Part shown: positions 3,738 to 11,260 of the stretch, piece by piece | How positions within the stretch are numbered: position 1 is the first letter of the stretch | Layout: each line of letters starts with the position of its first letter | Source: a virus | Taxonomy: Duplodnaviria > Heunggongvirae > Uroviricota > Caudoviricetes | DNA: 14,055 nucleotides | Direction: 5' to 3' (one strand) | IMG/VR virus record: IMGVR_UViG_3300038530_001701 | Made by a program: the position numbers and the translations under genes | The notes under the pieces: model-generated | Seen by the model: only the letters and a program-made list of their open reading frames with translations | Told to the model about the DNA's origin: nothing | The model's database searches: none

Positions 3738-3829
3738 GGAAGATAATCCTACAAGGTTGTAGGGAACGCCTGCTAAGCGTGTCGCATTGTGATGAACAGT
3801 GTCTGGATCGTTACCAGTATCTTCCTCCA
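3738..3829 (+). tRNA. trnS: tRNA-Ser(GCU) with a non-canonical T loop
   Basis: Acceptor GGAAGAT/ATCTTCC; ACGC-CTGCTAA-GCGT; long variable arm; T loop ATCGTTA; extended D stem CCTAC/GTAGG; U73 + CCA. Confidence 0.88.
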
Positions 3830-3836
3830 ATTTTAT

Positions 3837-3913
3837 GCTCAGGTGCGCTAATTGGCAAAGCGGTAAGATTTAGAATCTTATGAGTGTGGGTTCGACTCCC
3901 ACCCTGAGTACCA
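3837..3913 (+). tRNA. trnL: tRNA-Leu(UAG), short variable loop
   Basis: Acceptor GCTCAGG/CCTGAGT; TAAGA-TTTAGAA-TCTTA; A73 + CCA. Confidence 0.94.
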
Positions 3914-3920
3914 TTTTAAT

Positions 3921-3999
3921 GCTGGTGTGGCCTAATTGGCATAGGCGGCTCTCTCAAAAGGAGTGACATTTGTCGGTTCGACTCCGACCACCAGTACCA
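3921..3999 (+). tRNA. trnL: tRNA-Leu(CAA), short variable loop
   Basis: Acceptor GCTGGTG/CACCAGT; GCTCT-CTCAAAA-GGAGT; A73 + CCA. Confidence 0.92.
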
Positions 4000-4015
4000 G
4001 AACAAAGGATAATTT

Positions 4016-4168
4016 ATAAGTATCTTTGAAAAACGTCAAAAAGAAAAAGACGAAAAACGTATGTCTGACTATAAGAATCCAGACTACGCTAAAGGTATGG
4101 AAGAATTATTCAAACTTGTTCGTGAAGGTAAAATACAAGTACCTCAAAGAGCAAGATTAAAGTTTTAA
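4016..4168 (+). CDS. Small basic hypothetical protein (50 aa from an ATA start; 35 aa from ATG 4061)
   Basis: Open frame SIFEKRQKEKDEKRMSDYKNPDYAKGMEELFKLVREGKIQVPQRARLKF* fills the spacer between two tRNAs; AAGGA SD (4005-4009) lies 6 nt before ATA; in-frame TAA at 4010-4012. Confidence 0.55.
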   Translation: MSIFEKRQKEKDEKRMSDYKNPDYAKGMEELFKLVREGKIQVPQRARLKF

Positions 4169-4169
4169 T

Positions 4170-4258
4170 GGAAGGTAGCGGCTCGTGGGAGCCAATCGGT
4201 CTTGAAAACCGACATGCCAGTGGAAACGCTGTCAGTTCGACTCTGATTCCTTCCTCCA
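4170..4258 (+). tRNA. trnS: tRNA-Ser(UGA)
   Basis: Acceptor GGAAGGT/TCCTTCC; TCGGT-CTTGAAA-ACCGA; long variable arm; CCA. Confidence 0.93.
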
Positions 4259-4265
4259 ATTCTAT

Positions 4266-4336
4266 GCAGGACGATCTGGTGATCAAGCGAGATTCCAAAC
4301 CTTGCTAGTAGGGTTCGATACCTTAGTTCTGTGCCA
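4266..4336 (+). tRNA. trnW: tRNA-Trp(CCA), 71 nt with a reduced D arm
   Basis: Acceptor GCAGGAC/GTTCTGT; loop TTCCAAA; T arm TAGGG-TTCGATA-CCTTA; G73 + CCA; D region only GATCTGGTGATC. Confidence 0.8.
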
Positions 4337-4337
4337 T

Positions 4338-4414
4338 GCTCCGGTACGCTAATTGGCAAAGCGGGGAGATTTAAAATCTCTTGATTGTGAGTTCGACTCT
4401 CACTCGGAGTACCA
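4338..4414 (+). tRNA. trnL: tRNA-Leu(UAA), short variable loop
   Basis: Acceptor GCTCCGG/TCGGAGT; GGAGA-TTTAAAA-TCTCT; A73 + CCA. Confidence 0.94.
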
Positions 4415-4444
4415 AATTATTTTAATTAATTTCACTTCAACCCC

Positions 4445-4472
4445 TTGACAAATAGAAAATATCATGTAAAAT
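4445..4472 (+). promoter_or_regulatory. sigma70-like promoter upstream of the terminase gene
   Basis: TTGACA (4445-4450), 16 bp spacer, TAAAAT (4467-4472); overlapped by a 10 bp inverted repeat. Confidence 0.65.
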
Positions 4473-4510
4473 ATTAGTATATTCTATTTGTTCATTTCTG
4501 AGGAAATAGT

Positions 4511-5932
4511 ATGTCAGACAAAATAGGCCCTGCCAGTCCAAGGCAAGAAGACTTCCTATTGAGCGAAGCTGACATTACAGTATTTGGTGGAGCAGCCGGT
4601 TCAGGTAAGTCTTTCGTAGGTTTAATGACTCCACTTCTTTTCGTAGATGATCCATTCTTTCGTGGTGTAATTTTCCGTAGAACAATGCCAGAGATTACTG
4701 CTGGTGGTGGTCTGTGGGATACTGCACAACACATGTATAAACAATTTGATAAGAATGTAAAGTTCAGAGAAAAGGACAAGGTAGTAGTTTTCCCTTCAGG
4801 CGCTCAGATTAAATTCTCACACCTTGAAATGGAAAAAGACAAGTATTCGCATCAGGGTGCACAGTACAGCTTCGTTCTCTTTGATGAGGGTACTCACTTC
4901 TCTGAAACTATGATTGATTACTTGCGTTCTCGTCTTCGTGCTCCGAAGTCAAAATACAAAACTCAAATGAAGATCACTTGTAACCCCGACTACGATAGTT
5001 TCTTACGTAAGTGGGTAGAGTGGTATCTAGACCCAGAAACAGGCATCCCAGACCCCGAGAAGGCTGGTGTCATGCGTTACTTTGTTCGTAACGGTGAAGA
5101 ACTTGTTTGGGCAGATACTAGAGAAGAACTTGAAGAAATATATGGAGGCGGGCCTGAAAGTGGTATCGTTTCTTTTGTATTTCACCCTGCAACAATTTAT
5201 GACAACCCGCCTCTAATGGAGGCCGATCCTAGCTACGTATCTCGTCTTAAATCACTTACTCGTGTTGAGAAAGAGAGACTTCTTTACGGTTCTTGGTATG
5301 CAAGACCTGAAGAATCTGGTTACTGGAAAAAAGAATGGGTTTCATTTATCCCACAAAAACCTCTTAAAGTTAAAAAGAGAGTTAGAGCATGGGATATTTC
5401 TGGTAGTATTCCTTCTGAAACTTATCCCAACCCCGACTGGACGGTTGGCGTTCTGATGAGCCTAGATCAAGATAACAACTATATCGTTGAAGATGTATGT
5501 AGATTCCGTGATCGATTCCAAGGTGTGTTCCAGCAAATTGTAAAATGTGCCAAAGAAGATGGTGTAGATACTCAGATTATCATTCCTGCTGACCCCGGTG
5601 CTGCTGGTAAAGCTTACGCTCAACAACTTGTAAGAGACTTGGCAGACTTAGGGTTCTATTCAAAGATCAAACAAACAAACCAAAACAAGCTTACACGCTT
5701 TGCTCCTTATGCTTCTGTATCTGAAGCTGGTTTTGTTAAGATCGTACAAGCTCCTTGGAATGATACCTACGTAGATGAATTGGAAGCATTTGATGGGGAT
5801 AGAAACAGGAAGGACGACCAAGTTGACGCATCATCTGATGCTTATTGGGCTTTGACTCAGGCTATTACATTACCTGACTTTAAGTTACCAAGCTTTACAC
5901 AGTCCAACCCATTCACACTAACTTATACTTGA
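4511..5932 (+). CDS. terL: Terminase large subunit
   Basis: Walker A GGAAGSGKS; Walker B FVLFDEGTHF; motif C TCNP; C-terminal nuclease motifs RAWDIS and DDQVDASSDA; SD GAGGA. Confidence 0.97.
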   Translation: MSDKIGPASPRQEDFLLSEADITVFGGAAGSGKSFVGLMTPLLFVDDPFFRGVIFRRTMPEITAGGGLWDTAQHMYKQFDKNVKFREKDKVVVFPSGAQIKFSHLEMEKDKYSHQGAQYSFVLFDEGTHFSETMIDYLRSRLRAPKSKYKTQMKITCNPDYDSFLRKWVEWYLDPETGIPDPEKAGVMRYFVRNGEELVWADTREELEEIYGGGPESGIVSFVFHPATIYDNPPLMEADPSYVSRLKSLTRVEKERLLYGSWYARPEESGYWKKEWVSFIPQKPLKVKKRVRAWDISGSIPSETYPNPDWTVGVLMSLDQDNNYIVEDVCRFRDRFQGVFQQIVKCAKEDGVDTQIIIPADPGAAGKAYAQQLVRDLADLGFYSKIKQTNQNKLTRFAPYASVSEAGFVKIVQAPWNDTYVDELEAFDGDRNRKDDQVDASSDAYWALTQAITLPDFKLPSFTQSNPFTLTYT

Positions 5933-5939
5933 GGGATAT

Positions 5940-7412
5940 ATGGCAGAAGAAAAATTGAATTTACAATCTGGCGATGCAACACCCCCAAGACTTAGAATGG
6001 GTGAAATGTCCACTGTAGGTCTTAAAGTAAGTAATGACCGTATCTACGAGGAAATGAAGAAAGAACTTCGTTGGCCTGCTGTAGTCACTACTTACAAGCA
6101 AATGGGCTACGATGCCACAATTGCTGCTGCTCTTGAACTATTTGAAATGATGATAGCAAGAGTAGAATGGGAAGTCAAGCCTCCTAAAGACGCTACTGAA
6201 GACCAGAAGAAAAAAGCAAGATTCATTGAACAGTGTAAAGATGATATGGAGCATACTTGGATGAACTTCATTCAAGAAGTTACCAGCTTCCTTACATACG
6301 GCTTCAGCGTCCATGAGAAGGTCTACAGACGCCGTTTGAAAGATCAAGGGTCTAAGTACAGCGATGGTCTAATCGGCTGGAGGAAGCTCCCTGTACGCTC
6401 TCAGGACACTATCGAGAAGTTCTTGTTCTCTGAAGATGGTCGAGAGGTAATCGGAGTCGAGCAAGACCTTTCTGCAAGTTATGATCTACAACGATTCAGA
6501 AACATTCTTACAAACTCAAATAAGATTGAGATTCCACGTAAGAAGTTCCTACTATTCAGAACTAACCCTAAGCGAAACAATCCAGAAGGTAACAGCCCTC
6601 TGAAGAAAGCTTATTTCGCTTGGAAGTACAGAAGTATCATTGAAGAACAAGAGGCTATTGGTATCAGCCGTGATATGGTTGGTATGCCAGTTATTAAGAT
6701 TCCGCCTCGCTATATGTCAGAAGACGCTACTCCTGAAGAAAAAGCGATCTACGAGCATTACCAGAAAATCATTCGTAACATTCATCATAACGAACAAGCT
6801 GGTATCGTTCTTCCACAAGCTCACGACCCTGAATCAAGACAACCTCTTTTCGACTTTGAATTGATGGGTGTTCAAGGTGGTAAGCAATATGATACTGATA
6901 CTATCATTAAGCGTTGGGATAATAAAATCCTTACTTTGCTTTTTGCTGACTTCCTTAAAATGGGTCAAGACCAAGTAGGTTCTTTTGCTCTTGCTGGTGA
7001 AAAGACTAGCCTCATGTCTATGGCTATTGAAGCAAGACTTAGAGAAATCTCTGACGTTCTAAACAATGACTTGATTCCTCAAACATTCGCATTGAATGGA
7101 TGGGACGACACTGATCTTCCACAATTCCAATTTGGTGATCTTACTGAAGTCGATCTTGAAGAATTCTCTAAAGCAATTCAACGTATCTTCTCTGTTAACG
7201 CTATTGAAGCTGACAGACCTGTTATGAACAAGATCAGAACAGTTGCTTTCGGTGTTGACCCTAAGCCTGACGACGAAGCTATCGATAAAGATGCCTTGCC
7301 TAAGCAAGAGTCGAGATCAGGTGATGGAATGGCTGCTGGTAGTGGTAATGGAACTTCTACAAGTGCTGCCTCTACCGACAACTCATCTAACAATGCAGAT
7401 AATACGGGGTAA
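5940..7412 (+). CDS. Portal protein
   Basis: 490 aa directly after terL; GNSPLKKAY and GSFALA segments typical of DUF935/Mu gp29-like portals; low-complexity Ser/Gly/Asn tail. Confidence 0.92.
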   Translation: MAEEKLNLQSGDATPPRLRMGEMSTVGLKVSNDRIYEEMKKELRWPAVVTTYKQMGYDATIAAALELFEMMIARVEWEVKPPKDATEDQKKKARFIEQCKDDMEHTWMNFIQEVTSFLTYGFSVHEKVYRRRLKDQGSKYSDGLIGWRKLPVRSQDTIEKFLFSEDGREVIGVEQDLSASYDLQRFRNILTNSNKIEIPRKKFLLFRTNPKRNNPEGNSPLKKAYFAWKYRSIIEEQEAIGISRDMVGMPVIKIPPRYMSEDATPEEKAIYEHYQKIIRNIHHNEQAGIVLPQAHDPESRQPLFDFELMGVQGGKQYDTDTIIKRWDNKILTLLFADFLKMGQDQVGSFALAGEKTSLMSMAIEARLREISDVLNNDLIPQTFALNGWDDTDLPQFQFGDLTEVDLEEFSKAIQRIFSVNAIEADRPVMNKIRTVAFGVDPKPDDEAIDKDALPKQESRSGDGMAAGSGNGTSTSAASTDNSSNNADNTG

Positions 7413-7420
7413 CAACATAT

Positions 7421-7900
7421 ATGGATAATGCAAAATTTCTGGAGGGTTTAACAGCCCTCCTGCAAAAATGTTTTGGAGAAGCTGAAGAAGGCCCTCGCCA
7501 CGAAGAATCAACAGAATCTAAAGATGGCATTCCAGTCTCTAAAGCTCTCGATGAAGAACTTAAGCAAGCGACTTTCCTAGTTCTTGCTCCTGATGAAGTA
7601 GACCTTCATGGTGATGTTTACGATGCCGATGAAATTCGTAAAGCTTGCCACAATTTCCAAGTCCACTGCCGAAAAGCAAACCTTTTCCACGCAACTGAGA
7701 CAGACCTAGCAACTATTGTTGAATCTTATATTGCTCCTTCCGACTTTTATCTTGGAGAACAGTTTATCGCAAAAGGTAGCTGGTTGCAAGTTTGGCAAGT
7801 AGAGGATGATGAGATTTGGGATTATATCAAGAAAGGTGAAATCAATGGTGTTAGCATTGGTTGTGCCGCTAACTATGAGGTTTTAGAAGATAATGACTAA
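7421..7900 (+). CDS. XkdF-like putative prohead serine protease
   Basis: LVLAPDEVDLHGD, ANLFH, IVESYIAP, KGSWL and IKKGEINGVSIG match the XkdF-like protease pattern; located after the portal. Confidence 0.85.
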   Translation: MDNAKFLEGLTALLQKCFGEAEEGPRHEESTESKDGIPVSKALDEELKQATFLVLAPDEVDLHGDVYDADEIRKACHNFQVHCRKANLFHATETDLATIVESYIAPSDFYLGEQFIAKGSWLQVWQVEDDEIWDYIKKGEINGVSIGCAANYEVLEDND

Positions 7901-8789
7901 GGCTAAACGCAGACTTAAGAATTTTAACTTCGAAGCTGACGGTTCTCACGTAGCTCTTGTCGGTAAGCATCAAGGTGGCCCTGCTAATGGTTATACCACA
8001 TTGATTACCAAGTCTACTGAAGGAATCCCACAAGCATTCGTTGAAAAAGCGGATATGGTCAGAGTAACAATGACCATTCAAGAATTTCTGAGAAGGTTCT
8101 TCGGACTATACTACGAAGATGCAGAGATTCTTGCTCGTATCCTTGGTTATGATACCGAAATGGAAGATAACGATGTTACTTCCTATGAGGAATATATCCA
8201 ATCAAAAATTGATTCTGTGGAGATTATGAAATCTCTATTTAAAGCAGAAGATATGACCAAGGCTCTCTCAGAAGTAACCGAAGAACAATTCGACAAACTT
8301 CTACAAGATCAACTTATGATCGAAAAAGCTATGTCCTCAGAGGGTGAACCTCAAGAGGGCGTTTCTAAACAAAACGTAAATAAAACCAAAGAGGACGTAA
8401 CTCCGATGGATGAAAATAAAGATATGATTCAAAAATCAGAAGTTGAATCACTTATCGAGAAAGCCGTTAGCGAACTTAAGACTGATCTTCAGAAAGCTAA
8501 CGAAACTATCGAAACTTATAAAGCAAAAGAAGCAGAGCGTGTTGCTGAAACTCGTAAAGCACTTTTGAAAGATGCTGTTAAAGATGAAGAAAAAGCTGAG
8601 AAGCTGTTTAAGTCTTTTGAAGGCATGAGCGATGAGTCTTTCGCTGAAGCTGTTGATACTCTTAAAGCAATGTCTGCTGCTGCTGATGCAGGAGAGATGT
8701 TCACTGAGAAGGGTGCTGACGCTGAACAGGAAGAACCTGCTGCTAAACATTCTGCAACTATGGAATTGCTTAGAAAGCAATACGCATAA
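7893..8789 (+). CDS. Capsid scaffold/assembly protein with an N-terminal protease-like segment
   Basis: N-terminal RRLKNF...HVALV...GPANG; C-terminal Glu/Lys/Ala-rich coiled-coil-like region; located before the decoration and capsid genes. Confidence 0.75.
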   Translation: MTKAKRRLKNFNFEADGSHVALVGKHQGGPANGYTTLITKSTEGIPQAFVEKADMVRVTMTIQEFLRRFFGLYYEDAEILARILGYDTEMEDNDVTSYEEYIQSKIDSVEIMKSLFKAEDMTKALSEVTEEQFDKLLQDQLMIEKAMSSEGEPQEGVSKQNVNKTKEDVTPMDENKDMIQKSEVESLIEKAVSELKTDLQKANETIETYKAKEAERVAETRKALLKDAVKDEEKAEKLFKSFEGMSDESFAEAVDTLKAMSAAADAGEMFTEKGADAEQEEPAAKHSATMELLRKQYA

Positions 8790-8832
8790 TTCGAATAAAC
8801 CTTAATAATACGTATTATTGGAGAAAATAAAT

Positions 8833-9219
8833 ATGGCTCTTATTGCAAGTGATGCTCCGCGTCTTTCAAATATGTTGAAACGCGAACTGTGGTCTGAACA
8901 AGGCTACTGCCGCCTAGCTGTTACTGTTAACGAAGCTTCTGCTGTTGATTATAAAATCGGTGAAGTTCTTGGTAAAGTAACTGCTTCAGGTAAATACGTT
9001 CAGTATGACGAAACTGCTGTTGACGGTTCTGAAACCGCTGCTGCTATCGTTCTACAGGACATTTCTATTCCTGCTGCTACAGATACTACTGTTCTTGTGC
9101 TGGTTAAAGGCCCTGCTATTGTAGCTGACGGTGGTCTGGTATTCAAGGCTGGTGTTGACGAAGCTGCTGCTAAAGCCCAGATTGAAGCCCTTGGCATCAA
9201 CGTAGACACACAAATTTAA
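8833..9219 (+). CDS. Head decoration protein (lambda gpD-like), 128 aa
   Basis: YKIGEVLGKVTASGKY...DGSETAAAIV...VLVKGPA pattern; start revised from TTG 8818 to ATG 8833 because SD GGAGA lies at 8820-8824. Confidence 0.88.
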   Translation: MALIASDAPRLSNMLKRELWSEQGYCRLAVTVNEASAVDYKIGEVLGKVTASGKYVQYDETAVDGSETAAAIVLQDISIPAATDTTVLVLVKGPAIVADGGLVFKAGVDEAAAKAQIEALGINVDTQI

Positions 9220-9239
9220 TAATAAATTAGGAGTAACTA

Positions 9240-10256
9240 ATGGCTACAATTCGTAGTTTTGACAAACCTTTTGAGTTAGTCGATTATACTGAAGAACTTT
9301 TGGTAATCCCGAATACTTGGGGTCTTGTAAACCAAATGGGTATCTTCAACAATGAAGGTGTTGCTCAACATAGCATCACTGTTGAAAAAATTGATCAGTC
9401 TCTGGCGTTGATTTCTGACCGTGTTCGCGGTGAACGTAACAACATGAACAAAGACGATCTGCGCGAACTACACAGCTTCGCTATCCCTCACTTCCCACTT
9501 GATGACTACATCAAGCCAGAGGACGTACAGGGTAAACGCGCTTATGGTGAAGCAAACGCTGAAGAACAAGTTGCTGCCGTTCGTGCACGTAAACTTGCTC
9601 GTATCCGTCGTAACCACGCTGTAACTCTTGAAGCTGCACGTTGTCAAGCTCTTACTCAGGGTACTGCTTACGCTCCGAACAACACAATCGTAACTGATTG
9701 GTATAGCTCTTTCGGTATTACCCGTAAAGAAGTTGACTTTGTTCTTGGTACTGCTGGTACTGATGTTATCGCTAAGGGTGAGGAAGTAATTGCTCATATC
9801 CAAGATAACATCCTGAGTGGTGATTTGGTAACTGAAATTGTTGCTCTATGTTCACCTGAGTACTTCGGTAAGCTTATCAGCCAAGCTGGTGTTAAAGAAG
9901 CTTACAAGTACTACACTTCTACTCAGGAACCTGCTCGTGACCGTCTAGGAAGCGGCCTGTACCGTGAGTTTGTACACGGTGGTATCCGTTACATTGAGTA
10001 CCGTGGTAAGTACAACGGTTCTGCTCTGATTCCTGCTGGCGATGCATACTTCCTCCCAATGGGTGTTGAAGATATGTTCATGACTTACTTCTCACCTGCT
10101 AACAAGTTTAGCTTTGTTAACACAACTGGTGAAGAAGCTTACGTCTTTGAATACAGCGGAAGCCGTGACGAAGAAATCGTACTTCAGTCTGAGTCTAACT
10201 TCATCAACATGCTGCGTAGACCGCAAATTGTTGTTCGTGGTTTCAGCTCTAACTAA
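9240..10256 (+). CDS. Major capsid protein (lambda gpE-like)
   Basis: 338 aa; SD AGGAG; FAIPHFPLDD, RKLARIRRNHAVTLE and F.HGGIRYIEYRG patterns; follows the decoration gene and precedes a terminator. Confidence 0.93.
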   Translation: MATIRSFDKPFELVDYTEELLVIPNTWGLVNQMGIFNNEGVAQHSITVEKIDQSLALISDRVRGERNNMNKDDLRELHSFAIPHFPLDDYIKPEDVQGKRAYGEANAEEQVAAVRARKLARIRRNHAVTLEAARCQALTQGTAYAPNNTIVTDWYSSFGITRKEVDFVLGTAGTDVIAKGEEVIAHIQDNILSGDLVTEIVALCSPEYFGKLISQAGVKEAYKYYTSTQEPARDRLGSGLYREFVHGGIRYIEYRGKYNGSALIPAGDAYFLPMGVEDMFMTYFSPANKFSFVNTTGEEAYVFEYSGSRDEEIVLQSESNFINMLRRPQIVVRGFSSN

Positions 10257-10273
10257 TAGAAGTCTGATCGAGT

Positions 10274-10304
10274 AAAGGGGGAGGGTTCGCCCTCTCCTTT
10301 TCTT
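10274..10304 (+). terminator. Rho-independent terminator after the major capsid gene
   Basis: GGGGGAGGG-TTCG-CCCTCTCCT stem with a UUCG loop, followed by TTTTCTT. Confidence 0.9.
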
Positions 10305-10365
10305 GTATTATAGAGAGCATTTATAAGTGTTCTGTATAATATAAGAAATAACCTAGGAGAGTTAT

Positions 10366-10812
10366 ATGGCATTCACAGGTGATCCAGTAAACAATGCATT
10401 AGATAGGGTTCGTCTGATCACAGGTGATACTGACCCTAATTATGTGTTTCTTGAAGATGCAACCTATCAATACGTTCTTGATAAAAACAATCAAAACGAA
10501 AAGCAATCTGCTATTGAAGCTGCTAGGTACATTCTAGCTAACATCACTAGATACACAAGAGAACGTACAGGCGATATTGAAGTTTATGGTAATGAGTTCT
10601 TCAAGAACTACAGAGATTACCTTCTTGAACTTGTTAATAATCCAAACTTCAGCAACATTCTACCTATGCCCTATGCTGGTGGTATCTCTAAGAAAGATAT
10701 GTTGGAGAATGATTCAGACCCTGACAATGTTCGTCCTACTCCTTATCGTGGCTTCTCTATCGATGAACACGTATATGAGGATATAGACTATGACGGGCCG
10801 TTTGAAGTCTAA
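10366..10812 (+). CDS. Head-tail adaptor/neck protein
   Basis: 148 aa; SD AGGAG; VRLITGDTD...PMPYAGGISK pattern; first gene after the capsid. Confidence 0.75.
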   Translation: MAFTGDPVNNALDRVRLITGDTDPNYVFLEDATYQYVLDKNNQNEKQSAIEAARYILANITRYTRERTGDIEVYGNEFFKNYRDYLLELVNNPNFSNILPMPYAGGISKKDMLENDSDPDNVRPTPYRGFSIDEHVYEDIDYDGPFEV

Positions 10813-11260
10813 TCGTAGAGGTTGGGAACAACTTAAAAAGCGATTAATGAAGTTTGATCAAAGGTCTGTAGACGTAGGTTTCTTTAAACGTGAACGCTAC
10901 GGGCCTGACAACGACAATATGTACGTTTCTGAAGTTGCTTGGATGAACGATCAAGGTACAAGTCAAGTACCTCCCAGACCGTTTATGACAGTAGACTTCC
11001 AACAATATGCTTCCAAGAACTTTAAGAAAAGAGCGAAGAATTTATTCTATCTACTTCTATACAAGAAGAACGTACCTTTCCTAAAAGAGTTGAATAAAAT
11101 CGGTGATGATTTCTCAAATGAATTGAAGACAATTATCTACGATTATCCGGGTAGCAACTCTGATTGGTGGGCTGACGCTAAAGGCTTTAATGACCCACTT
11201 TACCACACTGGCGTTATGGTTAACGCAGTTGATTATCGAATTGTAAGAGGGTCTGATTAA
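10790..11260 (+). CDS. Neck/virion morphogenesis protein (HK97 gp10-like)
   Basis: VDVGFF...VAWMNDQGT..VPPRPF...KGFNDPLYHTG pattern; SD GAGGA at 10777-10781. Confidence 0.72.
   Translation: MTGRLKSNRRGWEQLKKRLMKFDQRSVDVGFFKRERYGPDNDNMYVSEVAWMNDQGTSQVPPRPFMTVDFQQYASKNFKKRAKNLFYLLLYKKNVPFLKELNKIGDDFSNELKTIIYDYPGSNSDWWADAKGFNDPLYHTGVMVNAVDYRIVRGSD

Noticed and set aside
7878-7900. Programmed frameshift fusing the protease and scaffold ORFs
   Set aside because: The downstream frame has TAG at 7884-7886 and no convincing slippery site lies in the remaining few codons.
8818-8832. TTG start of the decoration ORF given by the track
   Set aside because: The SD GGAGA lies downstream of that TTG and is well spaced for ATG 8833.
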